Made by a program: the position numbers and the translations under genes
Part shown: positions 9,424 to 21,785 of the stretch, one piece after another
How positions within the stretch are numbered: position 1 is the first letter of the stretch
Layout: every line of letters begins with the position of its first letter
The notes under the pieces: generated by a model
Databases searched by the model: none
What the model was told of the DNA's origin: nothing
The model's input: the letters and a program-made list of their open reading frames with translations, nothing else
Origin: Octopus sinensis
Taxonomy: Eukaryota
Reading direction: 5' to 3'
DNA: 31,278 nucleotides
NCBI RefSeq assembly: GCF_006345805.1
Contig: NW_021832200.1
Coordinates: 1 to 31,278, forward strand

Positions 9424-10247
9424 TATATATATATATATATATATATAAAATGAATGCAAATTATATTTGTAAAGACGATCATACTGAAGATCTACGAAGA
9501 ACTTGCGTAAGTAAAATTACGTAACTGTAGATAGTGAAACATGTTTATGCTTAATCAGTATTTTTGTTACTTTTCATTTGTTTTTCTCGCTTACGTTCTG
9601 GTGTTTGCTAAATTTTCTTGAGAACATTTCTTAGTGGTAAGTCCATAGCGTATCTACTTCTAGCATGAGGGTTGTCCACATAGTGGTCATCCCTCTCATA
9701 TGTATGCGCTTATATATTTATTTATTTCTATTTCAAACCTTAGTCGAAAATTTCTGCTACTCTCAGTTCTAATTCTAATTACTAACCTGTATTTTGTTTT
9801 GTTTTTTATTCCTTTATTAACTTAGACCATATTTTTCCTATCGCGTCATATTTCTTATCTCATTATATATTTTCACACACTTCGAATTTCACTTTATATT
9901 TCATGTGAATATTTCATTTTAAAATTCAATTCTTCCAAGATATATCTAATTGTTCCCAATAACAAAAGCTAATTGACAGACAAATTATCAATTTGACACA
10001 ATCTTGTAAGGACCAATGTTATTTTATGCACGGTTTGCTAGTTCTTCAGCTCCTCCTACGCATTAACCATGCGAATGCGACAAGCTGTAAGTCTACCAAC
10101 CAAAACACAAATTCTTATCTATTCACCGATACATTAACTATAATTTTAAACTATGTTATCAAATTTATTTTAGGCCACTTGGTTCCATAATTAAAGCGAC
10201 CGGAATTTTTAATTCATGTTTTGTTTTATACCTTTCCACTATTTAAG

Positions 10248-10686
<439 letters not shown>

Positions 10687-11189
10687 ATGTAGTGATTCTT
10701 GTTTTATTCGCTTACATATATATATATATGAAAAAAAATTTTGTGAAGTGTAGAAAATTCAGTATTTCGGGCAGTGTTCTTCTTAAGAAAAAATTTGAAG
10801 GAAGAGAACGAGTGAAATTAAGGAGACACAGCAGAATTGTTCATCCTTCAAGCAAAAAAAAAGAAGAAAACCTCGCTGCTACTGTTTAGGAACGCAGGTC
10901 TGCGTAAGCTTCATATGTGAAGAAGAAATAGTAAGAGAAACAGTGTGAGAAGGAATGAGTAGTGGAATGAGGATAATGAGGTGAAAGAGGAAGGTGTAGT
11001 GAGAGGGGAACTGAAGGATAAGAAAGAGTGTAATGAACTAAGAGGAGGAAGGAGGAAAACCGTTCCTTTATGCTTGTCGGTGACATGGTGACAAGTTTCA
11101 ATATGAATCGTTTTCCCTCCGTTTTCTTGACAATGCGGATCTGTGGTATACGGCCATGCCACACACTGATGAGTGAGTGATGGAATATA

Positions 11190-11418
11190 CAGTGCTGGTC
11201 AAAAGTCACTCGACAGTAAATCAAAATTCCATAAATACTTAATATTCAATTTTATTTATTCACTTGGAAAAATGTGTCACTCAAGAAGGACTTCAGTTTG
11301 AACAATTTTCACGATGTTTCATATTTAGATGCTTTTATTAAATTCATTCAGTTGTCAAACATAAATAAATCTTGGAATTAAATGGTTTGATTACTGTCAG
11401 TGTTTGTGTATGTGTGTG
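11190..11418 (+). mobile_element. Tc1-like MITE
   Basis: TA followed by CAGTGCTGGTCAAAAGT (Tc1-type terminus); the inner TIR part CACTCGACAGTAAATCAAA recurs inverted as TTTGATT-ACTGTC-AGTG at ~11386-11402, and the outer end is eroded into TG/TA repeats. Confidence 0.55.
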
Positions 11419-11427
11419 TATATATAT

Positions 11428-11461
<34 letters not shown>

Positions 11462-11786
11462 ATAATATATTATATATATATATGATATATATATATAATA
11501 TATATGAATCTGCCCCCTCGTTATCGAGTATAGCCATGCACGAAGCTTAACTGTTACTGGTGCTGTGATCGAATGTGACTTTTTAGCCCAGCTAAAGATC
11601 TACAATGTCTTCTACAGCATGGCAGCTAAAACTTTACCGGTAATAGCCGATATTTATATATATACATATATATATACATATACATATATATATATACATA
11701 TATATATATATTATGTATATTTATATAATATATCTATATATAATATATATATATATTATATACATACTACTACATACATACATATA

Positions 11787-11826
<40 letters not shown>

Positions 11827-11836
11827 TATATATATA
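11419..11836. repeat. (TA)n-rich microsatellite containing a ~145-bp non-repetitive insert (11506-11651)
   Basis: Directly visible. Confidence 0.9.
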
Positions 11837-11894
11837 ATTCGGTCCGACATTTTGATTTAAGGTTGAATAAACTGCTCCGTCTCTAGGACTTGAC

Positions 11895-12035
11895 TAATAT
11901 TGTGTTCTTTTCAACTCCAGGAAGAAAGACAGGAGTAAAAGTGACATCGGAGGGATTTGAACCCTAAAGAAAAAGAGAACTACATACTGCAAGACAATTT
12001 ACACCAATGTTCTACTGGTTGTGCAACTCATCGGA
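11895..12035 (-). mobile_element. Degenerate SINE family B fragment
   Basis: AAAGTGACATCGGAGGGATTTGAACCC versus family B AAAGTCAACCTCGGCGGAATTTGAACTC. Confidence 0.5.
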
Positions 12036-12159
12036 GCACACTCGATGTAGACTTGAAGCCAGTGCTCCCACTGCTTTCTGTTGTCTATTTGATTTAAGGT
12101 AAACAAATGTATTTAAGCGTTAGTTCTTCTCGTGGTCACAGATATATACACAATCCTGG

Positions 12160-12240
12160 TTTTAGAAAGATATGGGATGGTCGTAGCTGGAATGCTTTTC
12201 ATTATAGGTCCACCGAATCAGAGCTGACCTAAAGCTGACC
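12160..12240 (-). repeat. Interspersed repeat family D fragment
   Basis: Reverse complement reads AGGTCAGCTCTGAT...GCATTCCAGCTACGACCATCCCAT. Confidence 0.6.
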
Positions 12241-12269
12241 TAACTGCTGCATAATTTACAGTAGCGGAC

Positions 12270-12680
12270 CGGATATTATTTTAGAACAGAATATGAAGGA
12301 AATGTGAAATAAGCCACATTGTAATACCTTGGGAGAGAAGAATTGGAAACCAAGAACTAGTAAACCTTGAAACATGACAAAATCTGTTGACAGTGTTAAA
12401 TCAGAATTGTGCAAATCCATTAGAAATGGCTTCTCGGAAGACAATAAATAAATTTAGCGACGGCATTAATGCTAAGCCTTTCACAGACAGTCATCCACAT
12501 TGGCAAAATCCATTACTGTAAAACATTACAACGAAAGGTACTGAAACATTCTGTGAAAAACCCATCCTGTCTTTTGAATAAAGAGAATAGAACATTTCTG
12601 TAAAATGAACGTCGATAAAAGCTCAAAATCTCTCTGATCAATTTACTAGCCAGTACACAATGTCGACAGAAACCTTTCCA
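12270..12680 (+). pseudogene. Possible highly decayed hAT (SPIN/Buster-like) transposase N-terminal remnant
   Basis: Across frames: YYFRTEYEGNVK, KPHC...GE...KP.TSK, LEMASRK...AKPFTD, KISL. These echo the YFFxExxGKPxC, KPSKL, AS...KPFTD and ISLS motifs of this family in the right order; many stops and frameshifts. Confidence 0.35.
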
Positions 12681-12839
12681 AATATTCTCCTATGCACGTA
12701 AATCTATGATAATGCACTCACGTTGTACGAGACCCGAAGGGAGAGCATATGAGTGGATGCTTGGAAAACTAAAGAAATACAGAGACCAAGTTGAAGAATT
12801 TGGCAGTCAATAAATGCGTCAAAAACTAGAATGATTTTT

Positions 12840-13005
12840 TGTTGTTTAACCCCACATCAATCCTGACTGATCATAAGTATTCCATCCATGACCATCCCAT
12901 CTTTTTATTTATTCAAAAATACATTGTTCACTATTTCTTTCTATTGAAAGTGTTTAAGACGTAAAGTATGATTTGAGAGAGATTTAACTGCTATTTCTAA
13001 TATGC
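12840..13005 (+). repeat. Interspersed repeat family D copy
   Basis: TTTAACCCC...ATTCCATCCATGACCATCCCATCTTTT...TGATTTGAGAGAGATTTAACTGCTATTTCTA. Confidence 0.6.
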
Positions 13006-13225
13006 CAAACCATTGTATAGATGATAGAAGCTACCCACCACCCCATTGGCCCTATATGGTTCTTGTTATTTTTGCTGTGTGTGTGGCCCCAGGACATCTT
13101 TTCTCAAGCTGTCACATGACACGCACGTAGACCACCGAAAAACTCAAGGTGACCCCTATGTAGCTATTTTTTCCAGTTACACTTCGCTACTGCCTAACTT
13201 AGGAACATACAGCTCACTCTATATA

Positions 13226-13412
13226 CAGCTTAGTGGTTAAGTATTTGGTTCACAGTGGTAAGGCCGTGAGTTCGATACCCGGCAGTGCCTTGCGTCCTTG
13301 AGCAATACACTTTATTTCATGTTACTTTCATTCCGCACAGTTGGCAAAAATGCGAAGCGCATTGTGACCAGCGATGTGTAGCAACATCTGATAACTTGGT
13401 CGGTCACGGTCA
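13226..13412 (+). mobile_element. tRNA-derived SINE family C
   Basis: A-box AGCTTAGTGG, B-box GAGTTCGATACC, tail AATGCGAAGCGCATTGTGACCAGCGATGT shared with 26724-26986 (-). Confidence 0.75.
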
Positions 13413-13431
13413 CAGTCAGGGGGATATATAT

Positions 13432-13838
13432 ATTACTCTTTTACTACTCTTTACTTTGTTCAGTACATTGACTGCGTCCTGCTGGAGCACCCCTTTTTTT
13501 TACTCGAGCAAATCGACCCGGACTATTCTTTGTAAGTCCAGTACTTATTCTATCGGTCTCTTTTTGCCGAACCGCTAGTGACGGGGACGTAAAACACACA
13601 GCATCGGTTGCCAAGCAATGCTAGGGGACAAACACAGACACCAAACACACATGCATATATAATATATATATAATATATACACATATATACTACAGGCTTC
13701 TTTCAGTTTCCGTCTACCAATCCACCACAAGGCATTGGTCGGCCCGGGGCTATAGCAGAAGACAACTTGCCCAAGATGCCCACTCAGTGGGACGAACCCG
13801 CAACCCATGGGTTGGTACAAGCTACTTACCACCAGCGA
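13432..13838 (-). mobile_element. SINE family A copy
   Basis: Full-length reverse complement similarity to 1291-1695. Confidence 0.88.
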
Positions 13839-14340
13839 CATATTTGTATGTATGTTTGCGTATATGTATTATTTTGTGCATTGGATGTAATGTAGTTTGC
13901 TCTTCACGTTTCCCGTTACAGAAAAACCCAATTTCTTCTTCAGCATCTGGTGTCTCCTTCTCTGTGAGCATGTCGTCTCCACATTCAAATATTAATGTTT
14001 CTCCCTATAAACAAAAAAAAAAAAATTTCCTATATATATTCTTCTCTCTCCAGTTTATTTTGTATTTTCGTTGTTTTTTTATGGGGTTTGTCGTAATATT
14101 TTCTCCAGAATTTCCTACATGCTATATACCATTCAGCCACAAATATTCCAGCAATTCTCATGTTTTTGATCGGTGATTCTACCACATTCCTTACACCATT
14201 TTTTTTTCTTCTTCTTCTTTATATATTCGTAACAAGCAATATAACCTATCCTGTATATCCTAGATTCTATACGTGTTACATGTGGGCTGTAATCTTCTGT
14301 ATATATCTATTATTATTAAGCTTATTTTTACACTATTAAT

Positions 14341-14341
<1 letters not shown>

Positions 14342-14379
<38 letters not shown>

Positions 14380-14514
14380 CATTTGAAAAACACATCAAGG
14401 TTTTCCTTTTCTCACATGAAAAGAAATTAGACGAATCTTTGCCGACAAATATTCTGTTCTTTTCCGCGAAAGTTGTGTAGCTTTGTGTCTCTGTTAGAAA
14501 CTGTCAGTAGTAGT

Positions 14515-14566
<52 letters not shown>

Positions 14567-14597
14567 GGTGGTGGTGGTAGTAGTAGTAGTGGTGGTG

Positions 14598-14629
<32 letters not shown>

Positions 14630-14648
14630 TGTGGTGGTGGTGGTGGTG

Positions 14649-14695
<47 letters not shown>
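14342..14695. repeat. (TTG)n at 14342-14379 and (TAG)n/(TGG)n at 14506-14695
   Basis: Directly visible. Confidence 0.95.
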
Positions 14696-14895
14696 TTCGT
14701 CTAGCTTAAATTCACTCACGCCAGTCGATCAAACCTTCAGAGAAGAATTTGTTTTGCGCTATTTTTTTTTACGTCGTGGAAAAGAACAAGTTTTGGTTCA
14801 TTTCGCTAACAAAGACCAGAATCTTTGAACGTTCGCCTGGATGAAAATAAGTTTCATTTTTTAAATATTTTTTATATACTTAAATCTTTGTAAAC

Positions 14896-15055
14896 AGGCG
14901 CAGCAGTGGCTGTGTGGTACGTAGCTTGCTTACCAACCACATGGCTCCGGGTTCAGTCCCACTGCGTGGCAAATTGGGTAAATGTCTTCTACTATAGCCT
15001 CGGACCGACCAAAGCCTTGTGATATGGTAGACGGAAACTGAAAAGAAACCCGTTG

Positions 15056-15097
<42 letters not shown>

Positions 15098-15098
15098 C
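14896..15098 (+). mobile_element. SINE family A, 3'-truncated at the internal (TG)n
   Basis: GGCGCAGCAGTGGCTGTGTGG head, B-box and CORE-like block. Confidence 0.88.
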
Positions 15099-15405
15099 GA
15101 AGCGCCTAACTGTGTTTATCTGCAATATTGTCTCCATATCGTCTTGGATTTCTCTCGTAGCCACTCTTTACCCCGTGGACTTTGTTCTGAATGAACAATT
15201 TGGTGTTTAAGTCCCAATTCGTTTGAGCACTTCTACGTGTTTTCTGTACTGGGCATCTCTGACTCTCGCCTATTGCCTGTGTCTATGTGCTCATATGCAT
15301 CAAGGTACGTATATAATTATGCATGTGTGCAAAGATGTATGCAATTATATGTGTGCTTACATGTATGTACACACATATGATAGACCGATCATATCAATCT
15401 TTATG

Positions 15406-15466
<61 letters not shown>

Positions 15467-15470
<4 letters not shown>

Positions 15471-15626
15471 TACTTATCGCCATACTTATATGGCAGTCTT
15501 ATAAATGTAAGACTAAAGCTGTCGCTGATTAGCTCCAAGACTGTCATATATGTATGGCGATAACTATTAATTTCCAGTAACGCTGCCGTAATCTCCTTTA
15601 GAGAGACTTAGTAATTTTAATATTTC
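15467..15626. mobile_element. Inverted-repeat element with 56-bp tail inside (TA)n, E2
   Basis: Arms 15467-15500 and 15537-15570; the tail on the minus strand, GAAATATTAAAATTACTAAGTCTCTC...GAGATTACGG, aligns with the E1 tail GAAATATTGAATTTCTAAATCTCTC...GACATGTACGG. Confidence 0.7.
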
Positions 15627-15721
15627 TATATATATATACTTCAAAAACGTTAATCTTTTGTTTCATGCTCTGTTCTGAATGATTAGATTTCTGTGGAAAA
15701 TAAATTACATTAAATTTCATT

Positions 15722-15843
15722 TAGATTTTGGCTTTCAGCCTTCAGCGGCGGTAAAATACGGTACTTGTTATGCACTGGGGTCGATGTAACCGACTTAATT
15801 CCTTCCCTCAGATTTGAGGCCTAGTACTTCCAGTAGAAAGGAC
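15722..15843 (+). mobile_element. Degenerate SINE family B-related 3' fragment
   Basis: GCACTGGGGTCGATGTAACCGACTTAAT matches family B; runs into (TTA)n. Confidence 0.6.
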
Positions 15844-15861
15844 TATTATTATTAATATTAA

Positions 15862-15904
<43 letters not shown>

Positions 15905-15940
15905 TTATTATTATTATTATTATTATTATTGTTATTATTA

Positions 15941-16010
<70 letters not shown>

Positions 16011-16039
16011 CATCATCATCACTATTATTATCATAGTTG

Positions 16040-16071
<32 letters not shown>

Positions 16072-16081
16072 GTTGTTGTTG

Positions 16082-16112
<31 letters not shown>

Positions 16113-16252
16113 CATTATTATCATTATTATTATTATTGTTGTTGTTGTTATTATTATTATTATTATTATTATTGTTATTATTATTATTATTATTGTTGTT
16201 GTTGTTGTTATTATTATTGTTATTATTATTATCATTATTATTATTATTGTTG

Positions 16253-16284
<32 letters not shown>

Positions 16285-16389
16285 GTTATTATTATCATTA
16301 TTATTATTGTTGTTGTTGTTGTTATTATTATTATTATTGTTATTATTATTATTGTTATTGTTATTGTTATTATTATTATTATTATTATT

Positions 16390-16425
<36 letters not shown>

Positions 16426-16462
16426 GTCATCATCATCATCGTCATCGTCATCATCATTATTG
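15844..16462. repeat. (TTA/TTG)n and (ATC)n microsatellite
   Basis: Directly visible; source of poly-Asn/Leu/Ile pseudo-ORFs. Confidence 0.95.
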
Positions 16463-17237
16463 TTCGCTGCTGACCTGTCAAGGAGTCTATGGCTTCTGAC
16501 AGCTCTGGAATAAAAAAAAGATGATTTTTCACTATTTGAAAGTAAATAAAAAAAAAGCTTTTTCATCACTTAGATTAACACAAAGAGAATCTTCTCAACA
16601 AAACGGAAGAATATATTTTATATAAAAATAATAAACGAAGGAATGTGGGTGTTTTTGACATGTTTGATTTTCTCTTCTGACAGTTTTTCAACAATGGCTT
16701 CCATGAAATAAAAACGACAGTAGATGCTCCAATAAAATGTCGGAAAAAAACTCAACAAGTAGACTCGGGTAACAACGTAGGAAAGACTTTTTTTTATTCT
16801 TTTTTGTGTTTTTTTTTCTCTTTTTTTCTCTCTCTTTTTGTTGCAAGATACACATGAAATTAAAAAAAATATTGACATGATGAAATAATTCTTAATGAAT
16901 CAAATAGTATCTTTATTAGCAATATCAGCACCGTATATTGACAGGCTCTGAAGGTGTAATCAAGCCAGGAATTTCGTATTTTCTTTCATTTTTCATGTGC
17001 TGTTAGTTACGCGTAAAAAATTAGGTCAGTATGACAAAGTTGTATAAACACTCTGTTCTTCCTGATTCCGCTTTTAAAGGGGAAAAATTACCAATTTCTG
17101 TTTAGTTAAAGATACGGTATTGTATCTTGAACACCTCCACGATGATATCGTGAGGTGGAACATCGAAGCTGCAGTAGAAACACTGGCAGCTCTGATTCAT
17201 ACGTATGAAAGTGTTGGATTGTCTGAAAGAGATTTAA

Positions 17238-17545
17238 CCCCTTACCCGGCAGAAACGAATATATGCGTTTTGACCGAAATCGATTTTTTCTATCTCTGGC
17301 GAGTTAACTCGTCAAAAGATAGACTCGCCAAAATCGACAGCAAACGAGTTCCTTCGTCTAAAAACGGGTTAACTCGTTTCTGCCCAATGCCGTAATTTAA
17401 AATCAATATTATTGAATTAAAATTCATAATAAATAAGGTTTAAAATATACCTCGAAATCACCATTCAAAACATAGTAAAATAAAGCAATTAAAAAATATG
17501 TCTGAAAAAATACATTTATTTTCAAAATAATTGTTGGGTAAGGGG
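17238..17545. mobile_element. piggyBac-family non-autonomous element (MITE), 308 bp
   Basis: TTAA at 17234-17237 and 17546-17549; TIR CCCCTTACCC/GGGTAAGGGG; internal palindromes (GAGTTAACTC) and inverted motif GGCAGAAACGA/TCGTTTCTGCC. Confidence 0.85.
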
Positions 17546-17768
17546 TTAAGAGGGAACGTTCCAGAAAGACATACAAGAAACAGACTATTATGACACTCTG
17601 AAATGGCCAAACGCTGGGATTTTCTCCATACACAGCCTCATTCGACTGGTGCTTTTGTATACATGTTTTCATAGGACGTGACATATTCGAACCCAAGCTC
17701 GGCAATGTGCTCTCACTCGTATGTGGGTAAGATACCCTAAATATTTATAAGTTTTTTAAAACACCTTT

Positions 17769-18002
17769 TTTTTTTACTACCCACAAGGGGCTAAACACAG
17801 AGAGGACAAACAAGTACAGACAAACGGATTAAGTCGATTAGATCGACCCCAGTGCGTAACTGGTACTTAATTTATCGACCCCGAAAGGATGAAAGGCAAA
17901 GTCAACCTCGGCGGAATTTGAACTCAGAACGTAACGGCAGACGAAATACGGCTACGCATTTCGCCCGACGTGCTAACGTTTCTGCCAGCTCGCCGCCTTA
18001 TA
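17769..18002 (-). mobile_element. tRNA-derived SINE family B with 16-bp TSD
   Basis: On the minus strand: head GGCGGCGAGCTGGCAGAA, B-box GAGTTCAAATTC, central CCTTTCATCCTTTCGGGGTCGATAAA..AGTACC domain. TSD TTTTTAAAACACCTTT at 17753-17768 and 18003-18018. Confidence 0.93.
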
Positions 18003-18847
18003 TTTTTAAAACACCTTTATTTATTTTATATACAATCTCTTAAAATGTCTCCAACGACAGCCCACTCCGTTTTTGTATAACCTTATCTCGTTCATCATCA
18101 CAAGGCTGTGTGAACCCGCTCCCACGCACATTGTGCAAATAACGTTTCTCTATTCTTGTTATCTGACAGTTATTTCCAATAGTTTTTGAAGCATGAAATC
18201 AGATTTTCCTTTTACACTTGACGATTGGAAGAATATGTCGTGAATAAGGGCTGTCATTCATCTCAGCTAGCTAATCTTACTTTCTGTTATAATCCATAAA
18301 GAAAAATTAAATTAGAAAAAGGAAATATTTAATTTTGGAAAAAAGTATACATTGAAAGTTAAAGCCTTTCCGATGAAGTTATATTTGGGTCTGATATACT
18401 ATAAACACATCGTTTTTCAACCCTGCGGGGTCTCATAAGATTTCATAAGGCGAAGTTCACCTGTTTGCTCAAACGATGGTCATAATATCTAAACGTATCA
18501 AGAATTTGCAATTCTGCGATATAGGCCTTAAAATAAAATGATTATAATAATTCTGTCAGAAAGTAAACAACAAATGAATTCGTGAAGGAAGCGGGTGGAG
18601 CGTCAGATGGTTTAATGATTAAACATTTTGCGTGTCAACGGTTAACAAGAGGAATTGATTGTTAAATACTGTGGAGGTTGAAGCGAACAGTCAGGTGATA
18701 AAGTTTTTAACAGAAAGTCAATAAATTTTACAGAGTAGAAATTTTATTTCTGCAGATTCAAATAAAATGTAAATTGATTGGCTTACTCATTGCATGTATA
18801 CACACACAGATGCGTACTTGCATAAACACATGCACACTTGAATGCTC

Positions 18848-18875
18848 ATACACACACACACACACACTAACACAC

Positions 18876-18906
<31 letters not shown>

Positions 18907-19350
18907 CTTCATTTTTTTTTTCTTAGAAATAATATTCTCTCTGAGAATGAACTCTCACAAATACACACACAAGTACACACACTCATAAACACACACGCAC
19001 GAGCATACACACACATACACACACACACACACATACACACACACACAACACACAGTACACACACACATAACACACACGCACGAGCCTACAACACACAGAC
19101 ACACACCATACAACCACACACACACACAGTACACACACTCATAAACACACACACGCCGAACATACACACACACAAGTACACACACTCATAAACACACACG
19201 CACGAGCATACACACACATACACACACATACACACACACACACAAGTACACACACTGATAAACACACACGCACGAGCATACACACACACACCACACACAC
19301 ACACACACACACGAGCACTCATGAACATATGTGTATATGTGTGTGTGTGT
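18848..19350. repeat. (CA)n-rich compound microsatellite/minisatellite
   Basis: Recurrent AAGTACACACACTCATAAACACACACGCACGAGCATAC units. Confidence 0.9.
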
Positions 19351-19967
19351 GCATATTCGTACGTCTATGTATGAATATATTTCCATCCCGTCTCCAAATG
19401 ACAGAAAGGAACGCTCTATGGACATGTTTATGGTCAGCCATGTACATCATGAATATCATACAATAATTCAATAATTTCCACGAATATAAATGCGCCATCT
19501 GCGCTGATGTTGCTCGTTTCCGATTCATTATGCATGTATGCAACATAAGTTCACCTTGAATGCATTATAAAACCTGGAATCAGCTACCCACTCGTATAAA
19601 TGAATGTTTGTATCGGTGTTTGTCCATAACCAGTTCGGATGCATAATCAACCAGAGAAGGAAAACAAGGGTAAAAATGTCTATTTTAAAATGTATCTACA
19701 ACGGAGCTCTGTTTACGATGGTTGACATTTTCAAAATGGAATTTGAGTAAAAATGTTTCCCTCTTTTCCTTTTACACTTAAAAGTATTGTGGCTTGATAA
19801 AAACTTCTTTATTTCTTTTTTATTTATCTCTCCTTCTCTCTCTCCTTCTCTCTCTCCCTCTCTCTCCCCTCTCTCGCTCGCTTTCTCTCTCATTCTGTCT
19901 CGTGTGCGATCTCTCATACATATAAATATACATTATAAATATGCATATATATGTTCATTCTTGCATC

Positions 19968-20329
19968 TATGTATGTATGTATGTATGTATGTATGTATTT
20001 GTGTATGTATGTATGTATGTATGTATGTATGTACGTACGTATGTATGTATGTATGTATGTATGTATGTATGTATGTATGTATGTATGTATATATGTATGC
20101 ATGTACGTATGTATGTATATATGTATGCATGTACGTATGTACGTATGTATATATGTATGTATGTACGTATGTACGTATGTATGTATGTATGTGTGTGTAT
20201 GTATGTATGTGTGTATGTATGTATGCATGTATGTATGTATATGTATGTGTGTATGTATGTATGCATGTATGTATGTGTGTATGTATGTATGTATGTATGT
20301 GTGTATGTATGTATGCATGTATGTATGTA

Positions 20330-20360
<31 letters not shown>

Positions 20361-20614
20361 ATGTATGCATGTATGTGTGTATGTATGTATGCATGTATGT
20401 ATGTGTGTGTATGTATGTATGTATATATGTATGTATGTACGTATGTATATATGTATGTACGTATGTATATATGTATGTATGTATGTGTGTATGTATGTAT
20501 GTATGTATGTATGTATGTATGTATGTATTTATGTATGTATGCATGTATGTATGTGTGTATGTATGTATGTATGTATGTATGTATGTATGTATGTATGTAT
20601 GTATGTATGTATGT
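19968..20614. repeat. (TATG)n microsatellite, ~650 bp
   Basis: Directly visible; source of the YVCM/HTYI pseudo-ORFs. Confidence 0.97.
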
Positions 20615-20949
20615 ATCTATGCCCCCTCAGTTCCAAGTATAGCTGGAGTATAAAAGCTAATAATATTAACGCTACTTCAGTTCTAACTCTGATTTCATGT
20701 AACTAATTATTAAAACAATTAATGTAGGGAAACAGCGTGACAAAATATAAGCCAAAATATTGGCAACCATATCTGTATATCATTAATAGCCAGCAGTACT
20801 TCATGATTTGATCGTATACCAAACTTTAAAAAAACATTCATTTATTCTAGAACGTGATATCTTCATGAATTCACGTGAGAAAATACGTGATGTTTTCATG
20901 CCTTCAGTCCCATGTGTATAAAGACATGTAAACAAGAATGTGTCTATTG

Positions 20950-21670
20950 TTAATAAAGTTTTAGTGTCGATGAATAATTGAACACTTCTCTCTATTATAT
21001 GACTAGCTTTCAGCAAATGCATTAAGTAAGAAATAAAACGTCAGTGAGCTACAGTTGAATCAAAAACTTCGCTGTTTCTATATTAAGTATAAACAGTGGA
21101 AAGCTTTCCAATGCAAACACGCAACGCTCTTCTCTAAATAACTGCAACAGCCGGCTCTAATATATGTCTTCTCAACAGTATGTATCTTTCAAAAGCATTA
21201 GCTTATTGAACGAAGGTTTCTATTGTGAATAACAGTAAAACAGAAAGTTTCAATTCGAAGAGATTTTCGTTAATTGTATACGTATTCTCACACACAGAAA
21301 AGCATCTTGCCCCCTCAGTTCTAAGTATGGCTGCAGTATAAAAAGATAATAATATTAACGCTATTTTTGTTCACGATTTAGTTGATTACTGAACACTTTT
21401 TTCTGTTCGCAAAATACTGTAATAGGATGTTGCGTTCCATGCTTCTCGGAGAAGCATAATATTCTATAAATAGCGTTTTGCAATTTTCAACAAAAGATGA
21501 GAACTATCGAACTCTTGGAAGCATTTCTTTCGTAATTTATAAACGAATTTCCAACTTTCAACTGGCTAAAATAGTTTACTTTCAACATTTCGTCAGTATT
21601 GAGCTAGTCAAAGGCCTTCCAACTAGGACCATCCTACTTCAACATGTCTTATCATTATAGAAATTGGATA
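20950..21670 (-). pseudogene. Possible decayed hAT transposase C-terminal remnant
   Basis: Minus-strand fragments IMIRHVEVGWS*LE...SILTK...YF (resembles LRHVxTRWLS...RIL..W..LK.YF) and downstream ASHIIER/VFN (resembles the SxxxVERxFS dimerisation motif), in the correct order; heavily mutated. Confidence 0.3.
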
Positions 21671-21725
21671 TGTTGTTCGAGCTGTTCTACATGAAGCTGG
21701 TCGACTGACTACGTAGAATGTCCTC

Positions 21726-21739
21726 GTTGTTGTTGTTGT

Positions 21740-21771
<32 letters not shown>

Positions 21772-21785
21772 TTGTTGTTGTTGTT
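21726..21785. repeat. (GTT)n/(GCT)n microsatellite
   Basis: Directly visible. Confidence 0.9.

Noticed and set aside
11161-11215. Hammerhead-like CTGATGAG...TCACTCGACA
   Set aside because: GACA instead of GAAA, no stems I or III; the 3' part is explained by the Tc1-like TIR.
14040-14200. C2H2 zinc-finger gene remnant on the minus strand (CKECGR, TGER)
   Set aside because: No HxxxH, no 28-aa periodicity, stops in frame.
15808-16569. Poly-Asn/Leu/Ile ORFs
   Set aside because: (TTA)n microsatellite.
17120-17395. 91-aa ORF
   Set aside because: Chimeric: it reads through into the piggyBac MITE; after excising the MITE no recognisable protein results.
19787-20706. 200-290-aa YVCM/HTYI ORFs
   Set aside because: (TATG)n microsatellite.
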